A DNA stretch of 64,000 bases from Botryllus schlosseri (taxonomy: Eukaryota), in NCBI GenBank assembly GCA_051294905.1, contig CM119381.1, positions 21,576,001 to 21,640,000 of the forward strand, given 5' to 3'. Shown here piece after piece: positions 41,501-52,100 of the stretch. The notes beneath the pieces are model-generated. The model ran no database searches. It was not told the DNA's origin and worked only from the letters and a program-made list of their open reading frames with translations. The first letter of the stretch is position 1. Each line of letters opens with the position of its first letter. A program made the translations under genes and the position numbers.

Positions 41501-41902
41501 CTGCCGGTGAAGTAACCCAATCGACACATAATGTTACAGGTAAGCCTTTTTCACAGCTTAACGCTTGTTTAGTGTAGTCCGTACTTAAGCCCAAATATCC
41601 TGAAACAATGATCTCCAAACATATACAGACGTATTATATAGTGTCTACCGTATATATAGTATATCAGTAATTGTGTGATATTGTAGACCTCTCTCCGGAA
41701 AAATTTTGGCGAAGAATTTTCCATGCCATGGCCGTATAATCAACACAATGACATTACAATGTATCTAATCGAAATTATTGAATTTAATTTTTATATTTTA
41801 GTGGCGTCAACCACCTCAGCAGCTATCACAGCATTTCCACTGCACGTTCTACCGCTGACGATTCTATTGGTGACGATTAATTCATTGGTCGAAGGATGTT
41901 GA
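3970..41902 (+). CDS. Gene A: multi-domain, predicted GPI-anchored poly-serine-protease (ovochymase/polyserase/matriptase-like module set), 42 exons, about 1616 aa
   Basis: Exons, all GT-AG and phase-compatible: 3970-4045, 6370-6491, 6806-6898, 6973-7093, 7578-7711, 7838-7942, 8008-8134, 8728-8855, 8952-9053, 9872-10004, 10064-10174, 12516-12574, 16347-16504, 19100-19207, 19353-19510, 19977-20125, 21594-21738, 22540-22572, 22643-22758, 25497-25610, 25672-25804, 25883-25993, 26065-26120, 26610-26764, 26978-27088, 27394-27542, 28491-28648, 28713-28851, 31733-31750, 31831-31952, 32880-32981, 33875-34010, 35433-35546, 35611-35663, 35739-35896, 36600-36689, 36758-36915, 39510-39658, 39721-39862, 40940-41074, 41471-41539, 41802-41902. 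The sum is 4851 nt with no internal stop. Domain motifs are recognisable throughout. Confidence 0.9.
4251..5051. mobile_element. Charlie-type hAT MITE, 801 bp
   Basis: TIR CAGAGGTAGGGAACTT/AAGTTCCCGACCCCTG; perfect TSD GTTTATAT. Confidence 0.88.
5332..5650. mobile_element. Charlie-type MITE
   Basis: TIR CAGGGGCAGGCGACAT/ATGTTGCCCGCCCCTG with GCGGGCCG subterminal motifs; TSD degenerate. Confidence 0.7.
6370..10004 (+). CDS. Gene A exons 2-10: three tandem CUB domains (CUB1-3)
   Basis: [22 protein letters not shown]...CYDYIEF...LCG...FFTDES..GYSF; [12 protein letters not shown]...GCINDYL...ICG...[11 protein letters not shown]; [12 protein letters not shown]...CEW...[11 protein letters not shown]...FCG...FGFSIKW. 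Each domain has 3 exons with phases 1-0-0-1. Confidence 0.93.
10064..12574 (+). CDS. Gene A exons 11-12: LDLa domain 1 and activation linker
   Basis: [36 protein letters not shown](C), then [19 protein letters not shown]. Confidence 0.92.
10441..11199. mobile_element. Charlie-type hAT MITE, 759 bp
   Basis: TIR CAGTGGTTCTCAACC; TSD CTCTATAT/CTCTATCT; related copies at about 8240-8581, 56425-57244 (inverted) and 59419-59838 (inverted, deleted). Confidence 0.88.
11252..11603. mobile_element. Charlie-type hAT MITE, 352 bp
   Basis: TIR CAGTTGTTCCCAAC/GTTGCGAACCACTG; perfect TSD CTCTAAGC. Confidence 0.88.
14480..15621. mobile_element. Interspersed DNA-transposon-like repeat family (CAGGGCCGTAACTG-type end)
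   Basis: High similarity to about 24240-25038, about 40085-40500 (inverted) and 61927-62030 (inverted end). The left boundary is approximate. Confidence 0.7.
16347..21738 (+). CDS. Gene A exons 13-17: S1A serine protease domain 1, intact triad, chymotrypsin-like pocket
   Basis: HSR-IVGG, SWPWQ, LTAAHC (His57), YDIAVL (Asp102), GWG, STCQ-GDSGGP (Ser195; Ser189), ITSFG (Gly216), IPGSY (Gly226). Confidence 0.95.
16664..18480. mobile_element. Charlie-type MITE with a nested hAT element, present in A intron 13 but not B intron 13
   Basis: CAGTGGTTCTCAACT left end, degenerate GAACGACTG right end; flanks align to B at 63326-63460 and 63720-64000. Confidence 0.65.
17482..18374. mobile_element. hAT MITE with CTCGAGTCAAGT subterminal repeats (CAGTGTTGGGA termini)
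   Basis: TSD GTGTAATG/GTGTATTG (7/8); inverted copy at 60786-61788. Confidence 0.85.
20297..21510. mobile_element. Composite Charlie-type element with an internal fragment of the CAGGGTTGTAA family
   Basis: Left TIR CAGTGGTTCTTAAAC; TSD GCCTATGG/TCCTATGG; 3' part resembles about 28150-28390. Confidence 0.55.
22036..22228. mobile_element. 193-bp hAT MITE
   Basis: TIR CAATGATCCCTCTAA/TTAGAGGGAGCATTG; perfect TSD ACTAGGAC; second copy at 50491-50682. Confidence 0.88.
22643..26120 (+). CDS. Gene A exons 19-23: CUB4, LDLa2 and linker
   Basis: [14 protein letters not shown]...[11 protein letters not shown]...ICG...[16 protein letters not shown]; [35 protein letters not shown]; [14 protein letters not shown]. 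Confidence 0.9.
26610..28851 (+). CDS. Gene A exons 24-28: S1A serine protease domain 2, intact triad, elastase-like pocket
   Basis: TPL-IVGG, SWPWQV, LTAAHC, NDDIGFL, GWG, GACF-GDSGGP (Gly189), ASFI (Ile216). Confidence 0.95.
31831..35663 (+). CDS. Gene A exons 30-34: CUB5, LDLa3 and linker
   Basis: [11 protein letters not shown] / [27 protein letters not shown] / LCG...[16 protein letters not shown]; [36 protein letters not shown]; [14 protein letters not shown]. Confidence 0.9.
32378..32585. repeat. Compound minisatellite (about 30-35 bp, TGTTG-rich units) running into (GTT)n
   Basis: Repeated CCTATGTGTTGTGTTGTG..TGATCTAT units, then GTT triplets. Confidence 0.9.
33075..33670. mobile_element. 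hAT MITE (CAGGGTTGTAA termini, CTCGAGTC repeats), 596 bp
   Basis: Perfect TSD ATTATCCC; sister copy at 37517-38104. Confidence 0.9.
34330..34549 (-). mobile_element. tRNA-derived SINE-like element
   Basis: The minus strand begins AGCGAGTGGCGCAGTTGGTTAAGCGC (A box) ... GGTTCGAATCCC (B box). There is no acceptor-stem pairing, so it is not a tRNA. The 3' end is approximate. Confidence 0.65.
35739..39862 (+). CDS. Gene A exons 35-39: serine protease homolog domain 3, catalytically inactive
   Basis: HAR-IVGG, SWPF, LTTAAC (His to Ala), EGAGLLKL (Asp lost), GWG, TCA-SDRGGP (Ser to Arg). Fold cysteines are retained. Confidence 0.92.
36959..39157. mobile_element. Charlie-type hAT element hosting two nested MITEs
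   Basis: TIR CAGTGGTTCCCAAA/TTTGGGAGACACTG; perfect TSD CTGTAGAC; nested 37517-38104 (TSD CAAGTCAG) and 38359-38708 (ATTGTAGT duplication). Confidence 0.88.
40940..41902 (+). CDS. Gene A exons 40-42: Thr/Ser-rich stalk and C-terminal GPI-signal-like tail
   Basis: [34 protein letters not shown] / [22 protein letters not shown] / [32 protein letters not shown]-stop, with no cytoplasmic basic tail. Confidence 0.8.
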
Positions 41903-42417
41903 ATCGTAAACGTTGCGCATTCGTATCCAATCAAGAACTAATTTTTACTTGAATTACCAAACACAACACCGTAGCTATAGGCCAGGCCTATTTTGCGAAT
42001 TTCATAAGAATATTACCTACTAATAATATAATCTGTGAAATAGCCACGGCAGGGGGCGAACGACACTTTTTTAATCCTTATGTCCATTGGTTAATTGTAA
42101 TATCCCTTAGTCTTGATATACCTACTTCTTGCCATATTTACTCGTTTACAACTCCACTGGGTGGCGACTGATAAGACCTTCCGGTCCCCCGTCGTCTCCC
42201 AATTCATACCGATTTACATGTTGTGGTTGTTGCTGAGATGAGTAAAACATACTGACTAGCTGACCCTTCCTAATTTTCTATCGGCTCATTACCGCGTCAT
42301 ATTTACTCCCTACGTAACATTGTAACACTGGATGTGTGACGTCATGTCATTGTTCATAAATTTCGCCCCTATGAATATAATAGCTCATGTGCTGCAGCAC
42401 GTATTAATGCCGTGAAA

Positions 42418-44308
42418 CAGTGGCGGCTCGTGACAATATCGGGTGGTGGGGCAAGGGCTGCAAGCGACTTTTTATCAAGATGACGTCACAATGGCGTTTT
42501 CCAACGTAAACAAGTAACTTAATGATGGTACGGTAACATGAATTTCCCGGCAACAGTGATTTTAACGTATGTGCCACGAGAGGTCCGCTGGTGAGCTGTG
42601 ACTTGAAGTGTGGTAACTGCGTAAACGGCGTACGGAACAAAGATTCAACACGGTTCATGTTCGCATTAGACCTGACTAATTATCTGCAGAAATGGAAATG
42701 ACTATAACTCGAGAGATAGCGTAAGCCTAATTGGAAAGGTCAACGAATTCGGACAGATACGCAATTGTTATCTCAAAGATTGGGCCTGTCCTATTGAATC
42801 CAAAACATCATTGTAAAGGACTAAGAATAGCAGCCTCGGAAATTTGGTCTCGGTACAGCATAAGAGATTTTGGCCTTGAGACTGGAGACTGTAACACGAC
42901 ACATACGTTTTTATTACTGTCTTATAGGTCTGCTGCGAAATCGCCTTTGAAAAAATATATTACCGAATACGTGGATGAAAGCCTTAAACTTGGTACACTG
43001 TTACATGACATTATCGAGAAGTGGCCTCATGGCCCTTTTCGGTATGGTACACTGTCAAAATTAATGCGAACAGACCAACACCGAATTTTGCGTAAAATTT
43101 ACTGAGGAATAGGCTGATCAAGTGACGAGGGGTTGTACGCAAATGGCTTGAAGGCCACAATTTCACGGTGAAATTGACATTGGAGAATATACGATCAAAG
43201 TAAATATTTGAATGCAAACTGAGAATGATATCATCATCTCACTTAACGTTACCGCAGATACACCGTGTTTTTGCGTGAAATCCGCAATGTGTTGTAGGCT
43301 AAAGTGTCAGATCGGAGCACATCTTTACCATACTCGACCTTGATAACGAAATTACTGCCCTAATCATTGAGTGTCAACCTTGAGACTTGGCACAGCGTTC
43401 GATACTAAAATCAAGACATACCGTGCAAAAGCTTATGACGGATCTAGGTAAGGAGCATCGTTAAAATCAATAGAGACCAATACCGGCTTTGCGTATAATC
43501 TGTTAGCGATAAATGACGAGTCAGCTCTCACTCGAATTAGGAAACGAAATTACCACTAACACAGTTCAGTGACAAACTTAAAACTTGGTACAGCGTTCGA
43601 TACTAACATTAAGACTTACCGTGCCAAATGTCATAACCGATCTCAGTATTGAACACCGTCAAAACCAATGGATACCAATACCGGCTTTTGAGTAAAATCT
43701 GTTTGCGATACATGACGGATCAGCACACACTCAACTTCGGAAACGGAATTACTATACCCTAAACTTTAAGTAGAAACCCTGAAACTTAGGGCAGTGTTAA
43801 ATACCACCATCACGACATGACATAACAAGTTTCAAGAGTTTTCATGGTGTGAAACCCCATTAAAATCGACCTATACCAACAAAGGTCGACTAAACGCATA
43901 TGACGGTAACTGAGTTCAGCTATAGATACGATTGTTACATCACACCTTAAGGGCACAGAGCTATCGTGCCCCGGTTGCTCGGTAATTTTATGAATAGGAG
44001 AGAGTAAATCACCGTTTCTTTATTATGCGCGGTTTTGAGAGAATAGACAGTGAAAGCTTGTTATGAGCGCTACCGGGGCAAGCCCCGGCTAGGCATTCGC
44101 AAAGCGAAAACACAGAAGAGAATTTGATTTTCGCATAGACTTCGCTATATATGGGCATTTACAAGCGAAAGGACAAGAAGTATACGATTTTCGCTGTGAT
44201 TTCGGTTTATATAGATAGGTGTGCGTCTATAAATGGTAAAGAATTGTTATTGAACAGAATTTTAGGTGGGGCAATGCCCCAGTTGCCCTATAGGACGAGC
44301 CGCCACTG
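42418..44308. mobile_element. hAT-type element (CAGTGGCGGCTCGT termini) carrying an internal tandem array
   Basis: 14-bp perfect TIR; perfect TSD CCGTGAAA. Confidence 0.88.
43384..43830. repeat. Diverged tandem repeat of about 197 bp (2 units plus a partial)
   Basis: Units start GAGACTTGGCACAGCGTTCGATACTAA (43384), AAACTTGGTACAGCGTTCGATACTAA (43581) and GAAACTTAGGGCAG (43781); both full units share ACCAATACCGGCTTT. Confidence 0.8.
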
Positions 44309-44342
44309 CCGTGAAATATATGATCTACATTATACCAAGCTC

Positions 44343-45630
44343 TAGGGTTGGATTATCCGGATAACGGTTAACCGGTTAACCGGTTAACCGCGGGTATTTT
44401 CACTATCTGATATCCGGATATTTTTCTGCCGGTTAACCGGATAAAAAAGAATCGTTGCTAATGCATTTTACACGTTTTAGTAAGCTTCAATAAGTCGTAT
44501 TCAGTGTTGGCGCGGCCGATTAACGAGAAACGTGTTGCCAATTAGCGAGATGCGTCTGTACACATTGCACAATGTAATGTGACGCGATCTCCTGCTGAGA
44601 AGATCGTTTAATTAGGTCATTGATTGCCGCGCGCTCGGCTATCGTCTCTGGCCTGATTTATCGCGTCTTCAACAAGCCGATAGTTCTACTGGATTGAAGA
44701 ATCGCATCTGCAATAGGCCATGTGCAGTGTACACACTATTCCATCGCTGGCCTGCACAATCGCATCTTCATTGGCTTGGTGCTCACGATATTATCGTTGA
44801 CCTACACAGTCGCATCTGCAATAGGCCTACGAACGATATAATCGCTGGCCTAACCCTCTCGGACCCAGCATGCATCGGCTCCTATCTCTCGATGGCTTGT
44901 TGACGATATGCCGTTAAGTGTATTCTAATTAGTGATTCTGAGAGTGACACCGCGAAACTGACTGACATCGAATGCTCGCAAAAATGTGCGTGCGTGCAAG
45001 CGTAATTGATTTCCGGTGATGATTAATTCGAAAAAAATCGAAACCCCCTGATTTTATTTCAATCCCCCTACATTTTCGGCTGGCTGCGTGCCTGATCACG
45101 TGAATTAGAGCGAGGTATCATGTTGGCATCAATTCCAGTATCAGCTAGTCGTCCTTCTAGTACTCCAAACCTAAACATAAGGATGGTCAAAAGGATGTAA
45201 AGCCGTTGAAGTTTCCGGCGTACGACCTGCCAACCTTTTGACTCTCTACGAAGCGCTGCTTTCTATTCAACCCACTTCTGTGGAAGCTGAAAAAGCATTC
45301 AATGAACGTGGACTCTTTGTTACAAAATTCCGGTCCCGCCTACAGGATCCCACAATTGATGCATCTGTTCTTCATAAAGAGGGCATTGCAGAAGCAGTGA
45401 ACATTAAATTTGCGTGGTTTTTCTCGTATTCGCTCATACTGCGCGCGTAGGTAGGTACTCTACAATAACACAGTGTAATGATTTTGCGATTCGTTTTACA
45501 TGCAGACCTAATGAAATCGATTGTCTCACTTAGCAGTTATTATCCGGTTAACCGGTTAGATAAATTCGAAAATATCCGGATATATCCGTTATCCGGATAG
45601 TAAAAATTATTGATATCCGAACTAACCCTA
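44343..45630 (+). mobile_element. Internally deleted hAT transposon with a transposase C-terminal remnant
   Basis: TAGGGTT termini, perfect TSD CCAAGCTC, GGTTAACC/ATCCGG subterminal repeats. 45238-45390 encodes LLSIQPTSVEAEKAFNERGLFVTKFRSRLQDPTID, which matches the hAT dimerisation motif. Confidence 0.9.
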
Positions 45631-46912
45631 CCAAGCTCTGTACTGTCATCGTGAATATAGCAAATTTTCTTGTGTTCCGTTCAATGATAAAAAAAAATCA
45701 ATTCTGAGCTTCTATGCTTATTATGTGCTTGAACCGCCTTCACACCTATCTTGATACTCGTTGTAAAGCGCATTCCACTGACCCACACGTTTCTGCTTCG
45801 CGTATAGACCTACGACATAGGTTACCATACTATTCTCGATCTGCGAATATACTGTACTTTGTAATGAGTTGAACACAAATGAGACTTACAGCATATTACC
45901 GACCTTTGCCGACACCTCAGTATGATATCCGCGTGGTAGAAATTTCACTTTGTTTTGCTGCTGATTTATGCAAAATGGCCAGGCCACGCACACACGTTAT
46001 CCGGGATGATTCAGCTAATATCTGAGGAGATTTTTGATATGTTTAAGCAAGTAATGTGTAGATTTATTATAATAAATAAACGTTTTGTTTCCTATATTTT
46101 TGTTCAATATCTCCATGTTATCACCTTTGTTGATATGTCGGTGTATCCGAGTGGCAGTGGCAGTCATTTCGCAATATATTGCTGGTGATATATAGAATAG
46201 TTATAGTCATGGTCACTTGTTCAGTGATCACGCACACACGTTACATTGGTTACTCAGCCACTCTAAGCAGAGTTTATGTGTAATTATCCGGGAGACTTTT
46301 GAACTATTGCAGCAAACAATGCGTAGATTTAATAAAGTCTATTCGTCTAATCTTTTGTTCAATATCCCCAGGTATCAATCATATCATATGTTGTAGGGCA
46401 CGAGGTAACATTTTGGAATTTTGTAACTGGTCTGGTCTGCGAGCGATCTCATGATTCGAATCCGGCCAGCGACTCAATTTGATTTTGACACCACTGCTGT
46501 ATTCGGAACGTTGCACATTAGGATCGTTCTGATTTTAAACATTGTTAGGATACTACAGCCTTACACTTCCAAAAAACAATTTACAATCGATTAGGGTTAT
46601 TTTCAACGTGATCTTCCTTCCCCACAAAGCCCCCAAAGATCAGAAGCCAATTCTTCTTATTTTGGGGATTCCCGGGACTGTTTACCATGATCTTATTACC
46701 AAGCACTGCTCCGCGGGGATGACTGCGTCGCATGTGGTGGACTACGTCGCTTTAGTGTAGTTTGCAGTTGAAAACGGCTGTCTAGGGGTGGGAAATATCG
46801 CTTTGGTATATCTTTATGGACTACGGTTACCATATTTAGGAATCTGGAAAAGGAGGACACTTTTTACAAATCGCCCAAGTCAGATTACTACTATAAGGTC
46901 ATATATGTCCAT

Positions 46913-47434
46913 TAGGGGTATTCAAAAATCACATTTTTTCTCAAATCGTACTGGCTACTTGATAAGATTGTTAGGTCACCTAATTTAAGCGTACAGACAA
47001 AATTTGGTTCAATTCCAACCAGTGGAAGCGGAGATATTGCCGTCGAAAAATTTGGATTATGAATAAAATACTATTTACGGTGACCAATTCTTTAATTATT
47101 TATTATAGTGGTGCCCACCGCAGATACTATTTTATTGTAATCCAAATTTTTCGACGGCAATAACTCCGCTTCCACTGGTTGGAATTGAACCAAATTTGGT
47201 GAACATCGTTTCTATAGACAACCGAACACTTTCACGGGGTGAACAGAAAATCTTCAAATTTTTGTTATTTATACTTTTATATAATAAATCGAAACTTTCT
47301 TCTCCTGTAGCAATGCGGCTACCGGCTGGAGTTGAGCCAAATTTGGTGTGTAGGCTTAAATTAGGTAACCTAACAATTTTATCAATTAGTCAGTATACGA
47401 TTTGAGATAAAAGGTGATTTTTTTTATACCCCTA
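46913..47434. mobile_element. Fold-back MITE with long inverted arms, nested in a Blackjack-like MITE (46822-47555)
   Basis: TAGGGGTA/TACCCCTA termini; perfect TSD ATGTCCAT; internal inverted repeats of roughly 60-170 bp. Confidence 0.85.
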
Positions 47435-49198
47435 ATGTCCATTACCCTGGATGTCATAGCTATAAAGGAGGATGGATTTACAAAAAGGATGAAATTTAGG
47501 CGTCCTCGGAGAACATTTTCGATTTGCTGAAAAAAGAGGACATATGGTAACCATATCATTGACAATTGTACGGTACATAACTGCAGTCATGCCTACGTCA
47601 GATGTGTGAGATTACGTGCGCCACATAGCCTATCCGCTGATCCTGTAGTTTGAAGCAGAACTCTTCAAGATTGTCAATGTGATCCATCCATGTTAAACAA
47701 CCGGTGCAGCAGCATGAGTTTTCTTCTCTCTAAGAGGTAGGTAACCGACGTGGATTGAATTCAACAAACTCGAAATTTATCACAAATTAACGAGAATAAC
47801 TATTCCAAATCGTAACTCGCGTAGCGAGGCCGCTACATTTCTAAGCTTCGAATTGGATAAATCCTATCAGCACGCCAAAATCTACTTTATGCACAGGGCA
47901 GACGTGTGTCGCCCTTTAGCAATTCGGTCCAATGCGCCACTCTCCTTTTCATAAACGGTATATGAACTGTGTCATGCACAATGAACTGGGTAGAATTCTT
48001 GTATAGATACCGAGGGTGAAAAGTATTTTGAGGTATGTAGTATTTTGTATGGATTGTGATAAACATGTTTCAATAGGGCAGTACATGGTTCCGTAATTGT
48101 AAGTAATATCCAGACCGACATGGCGTACCATGCAGTCAGTTTTTTTTTATTCGTGAGTCCCACAAACTTTATGCACAGTAACCGTGTCTCATACCGGGAT
48201 TCAAAATAATGGCGAATCCACGAAATAAAATACTAATGGTATCAATATCTTAACATATATTTCGGATTGACAGTAAATCTAATTTTTTCCCCTTTTATAT
48301 GGCCTTCCTATTTTCAAACTCTGCTTTTATCTCATTGAAATAGTTCCTTCATTGTTTAAAGTTCACCACGGCGTCAATCATAACATATTATGTCCATTTT
48401 CCATTAACGCACGGTGTTTTCATGCGAAAACGGTACAATTCTGTATATCATGTAAAAGGCGAGATTTATATGTCACAGCAATTTTGTCCTTCAAGAGTTC
48501 CTGCGTTCGGTTCGGTTTGGTTTATGAGCAATTTTTATCAGTTCAGTACACCACAAAAATTGCGATGAAAAGATAGGAAGGTGTCGATGAAACGACTTGG
48601 AGTAGTCTTTGGAATCACACCTTGGCCTAGGCGATGTTACGCAGCCAGTAATGGCGAAGCAGTGAACCTACAGCTAAAAGATATTTGTTTTTGACCAATA
48701 AATGGTTAGAACATGTGGTGACCCATACAGAAAAGTGTCAACGATAACGAAAAGGAGATGTCTGTTAACGGGTCTAGAAGTAGACTGCACGCACCGTTAC
48801 GCGAAGTGACCAAGCAACGTACGCGTGTAAGGATTGCATGGTGATGTTTTCGCTATAGTTCCAAATAGCCCGCGCAATATTGAAGTTAGTTTAGCACGGT
48901 CAATGGTCATGGTCAAGCGACCAATTTTACGGGGCGAATCCAACGTATACAACAAAGTACGGTAGGCGCTCAGTTGGGAACCACCAGAGGCTAGTTGCTA
49001 GATGCAAGAGTACATTGTAAGTATATGAAACAAGATTGGAGTCACCGTATGCCAGGACAGAACTAAAGACGGAGTGCGGTATCTGTATCTATTGTCAAAA
49101 CATTGGGTGGCAAATTCCCTTAGCATTTTGTGACAGTTTTTAGTTTGCAATACTCAGCTATATACATACGCGTATTATATCTTTCCGAGACATACGGA

Positions 49199-52100
49199 AT
49201 GACTGTAAAATATTATATATCTATACTCCTGTTTCTATTCGGATTACTACCGAAAGCGGCTCCTCACGACAACCGTAAGTATTTACATGCTCTGTATATT
49301 GTACATTGCAATGCCGATGTTCACATTCCTAGGCGATTTTTAGTGGGTTAATGGTACCCTGACAATATTAATATTTGGATTTGCGGAATCAGTACGATAA
49401 TAACATTAGATTGATACCCGCTATTAAAATTATAAGATCAGGCCGGCAATAAGTAGCAACACAGCAACCTGCGACTGACATACGAGTTAAGCTACATGGT
49501 TGCGGCGGCTGACTTATATTTCAGATACTTTATTAGCGTGTGTGATTCTTTGTTTCATGATCCATCAGTAAGAAGCAATTACGTCATTTTATTTGAATGG
49601 TTGAATACTTCTACGGGGCTCAAGAATATCGGGGTTAATAAACGCACCTGGATTCTATATGAATACACGGGGAACGGGCACATGTCCATGGCGTATCAAC
49701 TTTGTTCGTGATCACCCGAAGGCTTCTCTCCTCATCGGAAAACAAATGGGGTCGCATATAAATGCAGGTTTCAATTTCCAGCCCGCCGACCACTGCACTA
49801 TACATGACATCCAAATAAAATGACTTGTGAAAATTTTGGGCCAGATTGTTTTCCGTTAATTTGGCAAACACATAGGGAGTTAGGTATAGACAACTTTTGA
49901 CATAATGTTTTTATGGAGACCGAAATTGATTGCACGGTATCGAACGAATTGGAAACACAAATTTAACGGCTTTGACGCCAGTATAGCCCCACGAAGTCCC
50001 CGAAATAGCCAAGATTAGGCCAGACCTGTTCTGTAACTTTCTAAAAATTCGCAGCGAAAATCTGCCTGCGTGAATCATGTTTTGCAATATTCGATTTAAC
50101 AATAACTTAACAATGTACCCCATGATGTGTCTCAACAGCTTGTGATGGAACAGAAGTCGTCGTCAACGGATCAAGTGGATCGATCTCATCCCCAAATTAC
50201 CCGGACCTCTACGAAAACAACATGTTTTGCAGATGGAGAATAAGTGCTCCGAACAGCACGGTGTGGATACGATGGGCTTTAATATCCTACACGTATAACA
50301 TGTATATTTATAACATGCACAGTAGGGACGAAATTGAAACCAAACATGGCCTTATGTTGTCGGAACTGTCTCATTACATGACATCAGTCATATCACTACA
50401 TCCAATCGGGTGTCATAAGAAATAGTTCGAAATTCTTGAATGGATGATGTATTCTGGTCATACGCTCGTTAGACTAGCAATGCGTCTAAGCTGTGTTCCC
50501 TCTAATATTTGACAAGTTGGCGCGCACTCACCAACTCACTGCGCGGTCCCTTAGACAACAGTGCGTAACCACTAAAAAAAGTGATCACTTCGGATTTTTT
50601 GTGCGTAGCTTAGATTTTCTGTGCGCAGAGACCGTGTCAGCACTGCGCAATTGCGCACGTGCGCAGCTTAGAGGAATCATTGCTTCCAAGCCACAATTTT
50701 TTTTTTATTCACCTTCAACTCCATGTCACCGATATTTTGTTTTTAGAGGATAGAGGTGCAGTTCGAATCCTTATTTCAAGTCGAACCAATCAGTGCCACT
50801 TCTTGCTATGACTATATTGAGTTCGCGGAAGTAAACAAGGTGCGGTATAAAAGGTGTATCCAAGTATTCAAGACTTGTTCATCTGATATATCGCTTGTCT
50901 TTGCATCAATAGGAACTTTGCGGACTTGCGGCGCCCCGGAGCTTCATCACGCCTAGCAATGTGCTTTCAGTATCTTTTTTTGCTGACCCATATGTTCCGA
51001 TGAGCGGTTTTTCGTTCAATTGGACTGCGATAGGTAGGTATTTTCTGTATGTGTGTATTTGTGTTAGGTCAGGGGTGGCCAACATTTTTGCTATTCACGG
51101 CCGCATTTCGAATACTCATTAAGCCTCAATCCGGGGCATAGTCTTTATGAACTGGACTGGACACCGAATACCGATGTTAATATCCATTACCGATGAACTC
51201 CGGACTAATCTATATATTTATATTAGCTTAGTATACGCACCGATATCGCGATTGGCCACTGATCATGTTATGACTATGTGCTGGGGTTACTTATGGTCCG
51301 GTCAAGCGCGAAAATATTTTCCGATTCACGAATGAATTTCGTCAATAATATTAGTAGTTTCACATATTCCTATCAAGCATTGATTCTTTCTCAGCCCATG
51401 TGATGTGATGTGATGTGATGTGATGATGTGATGTGTTTTCGAAAAATTAGGCCAAGTGATAAATGATGCTGATTCGTCAGGTGGGTCAATTGTTATTAGT
51501 CCCTTTGTTGCGTGTTGTTTTTTCTTAACCTCCCATCAGGATTGTCGGTTTAGTGGAAAATATTGGAATCGTCCAAACGTACTAGAACAAATTTCTTTCG
51601 TGAGTAACACACGATTCCAAGTTGGTGTTTCTACATAGAGCGCATCATTTTCCTCTTTTGTTCACATCTGTATACTATGGAGTGCAGGTTGCAAAGGGTG
51701 CTACTGTAGTTCAATTAACGGACTCGAAAAGGATACTGTTATTATTTTCAGTCGACACGCGAGATGGTTTGAATACAATATGTTCTACCAATAATAAAAT
51801 GGCGTTTTAGATGCATCACTGTTTCCGGAACCAGTAACTACTTATATCCACGGCGATTTTGGTCGAATTACCTCTCCCAACTACCCTAACGAATACGGCG
51901 ATCTTCTGAAATATACTTGGATCGTTAACGGATCATCCGGAAAGGTATTTGGTCTCGTACATTTGCAATGAAAAGGTGGCTAAATGATGACTTCGTGACT
52001 TTATTTCACAATACAGAGTATGCTGGTGGAATTCAACCCGCTTTTCGACATGCAAGAAAATCCGGGATGTGTGAATGACTACCTCGTTATCTCCGAAGGC

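Noticed and set aside
51430-51485. Another hammerhead on the minus strand (CTGACGA...GAAA)
   Set aside because: No R-Y closing pair for helix II and no helix I or III pairing.
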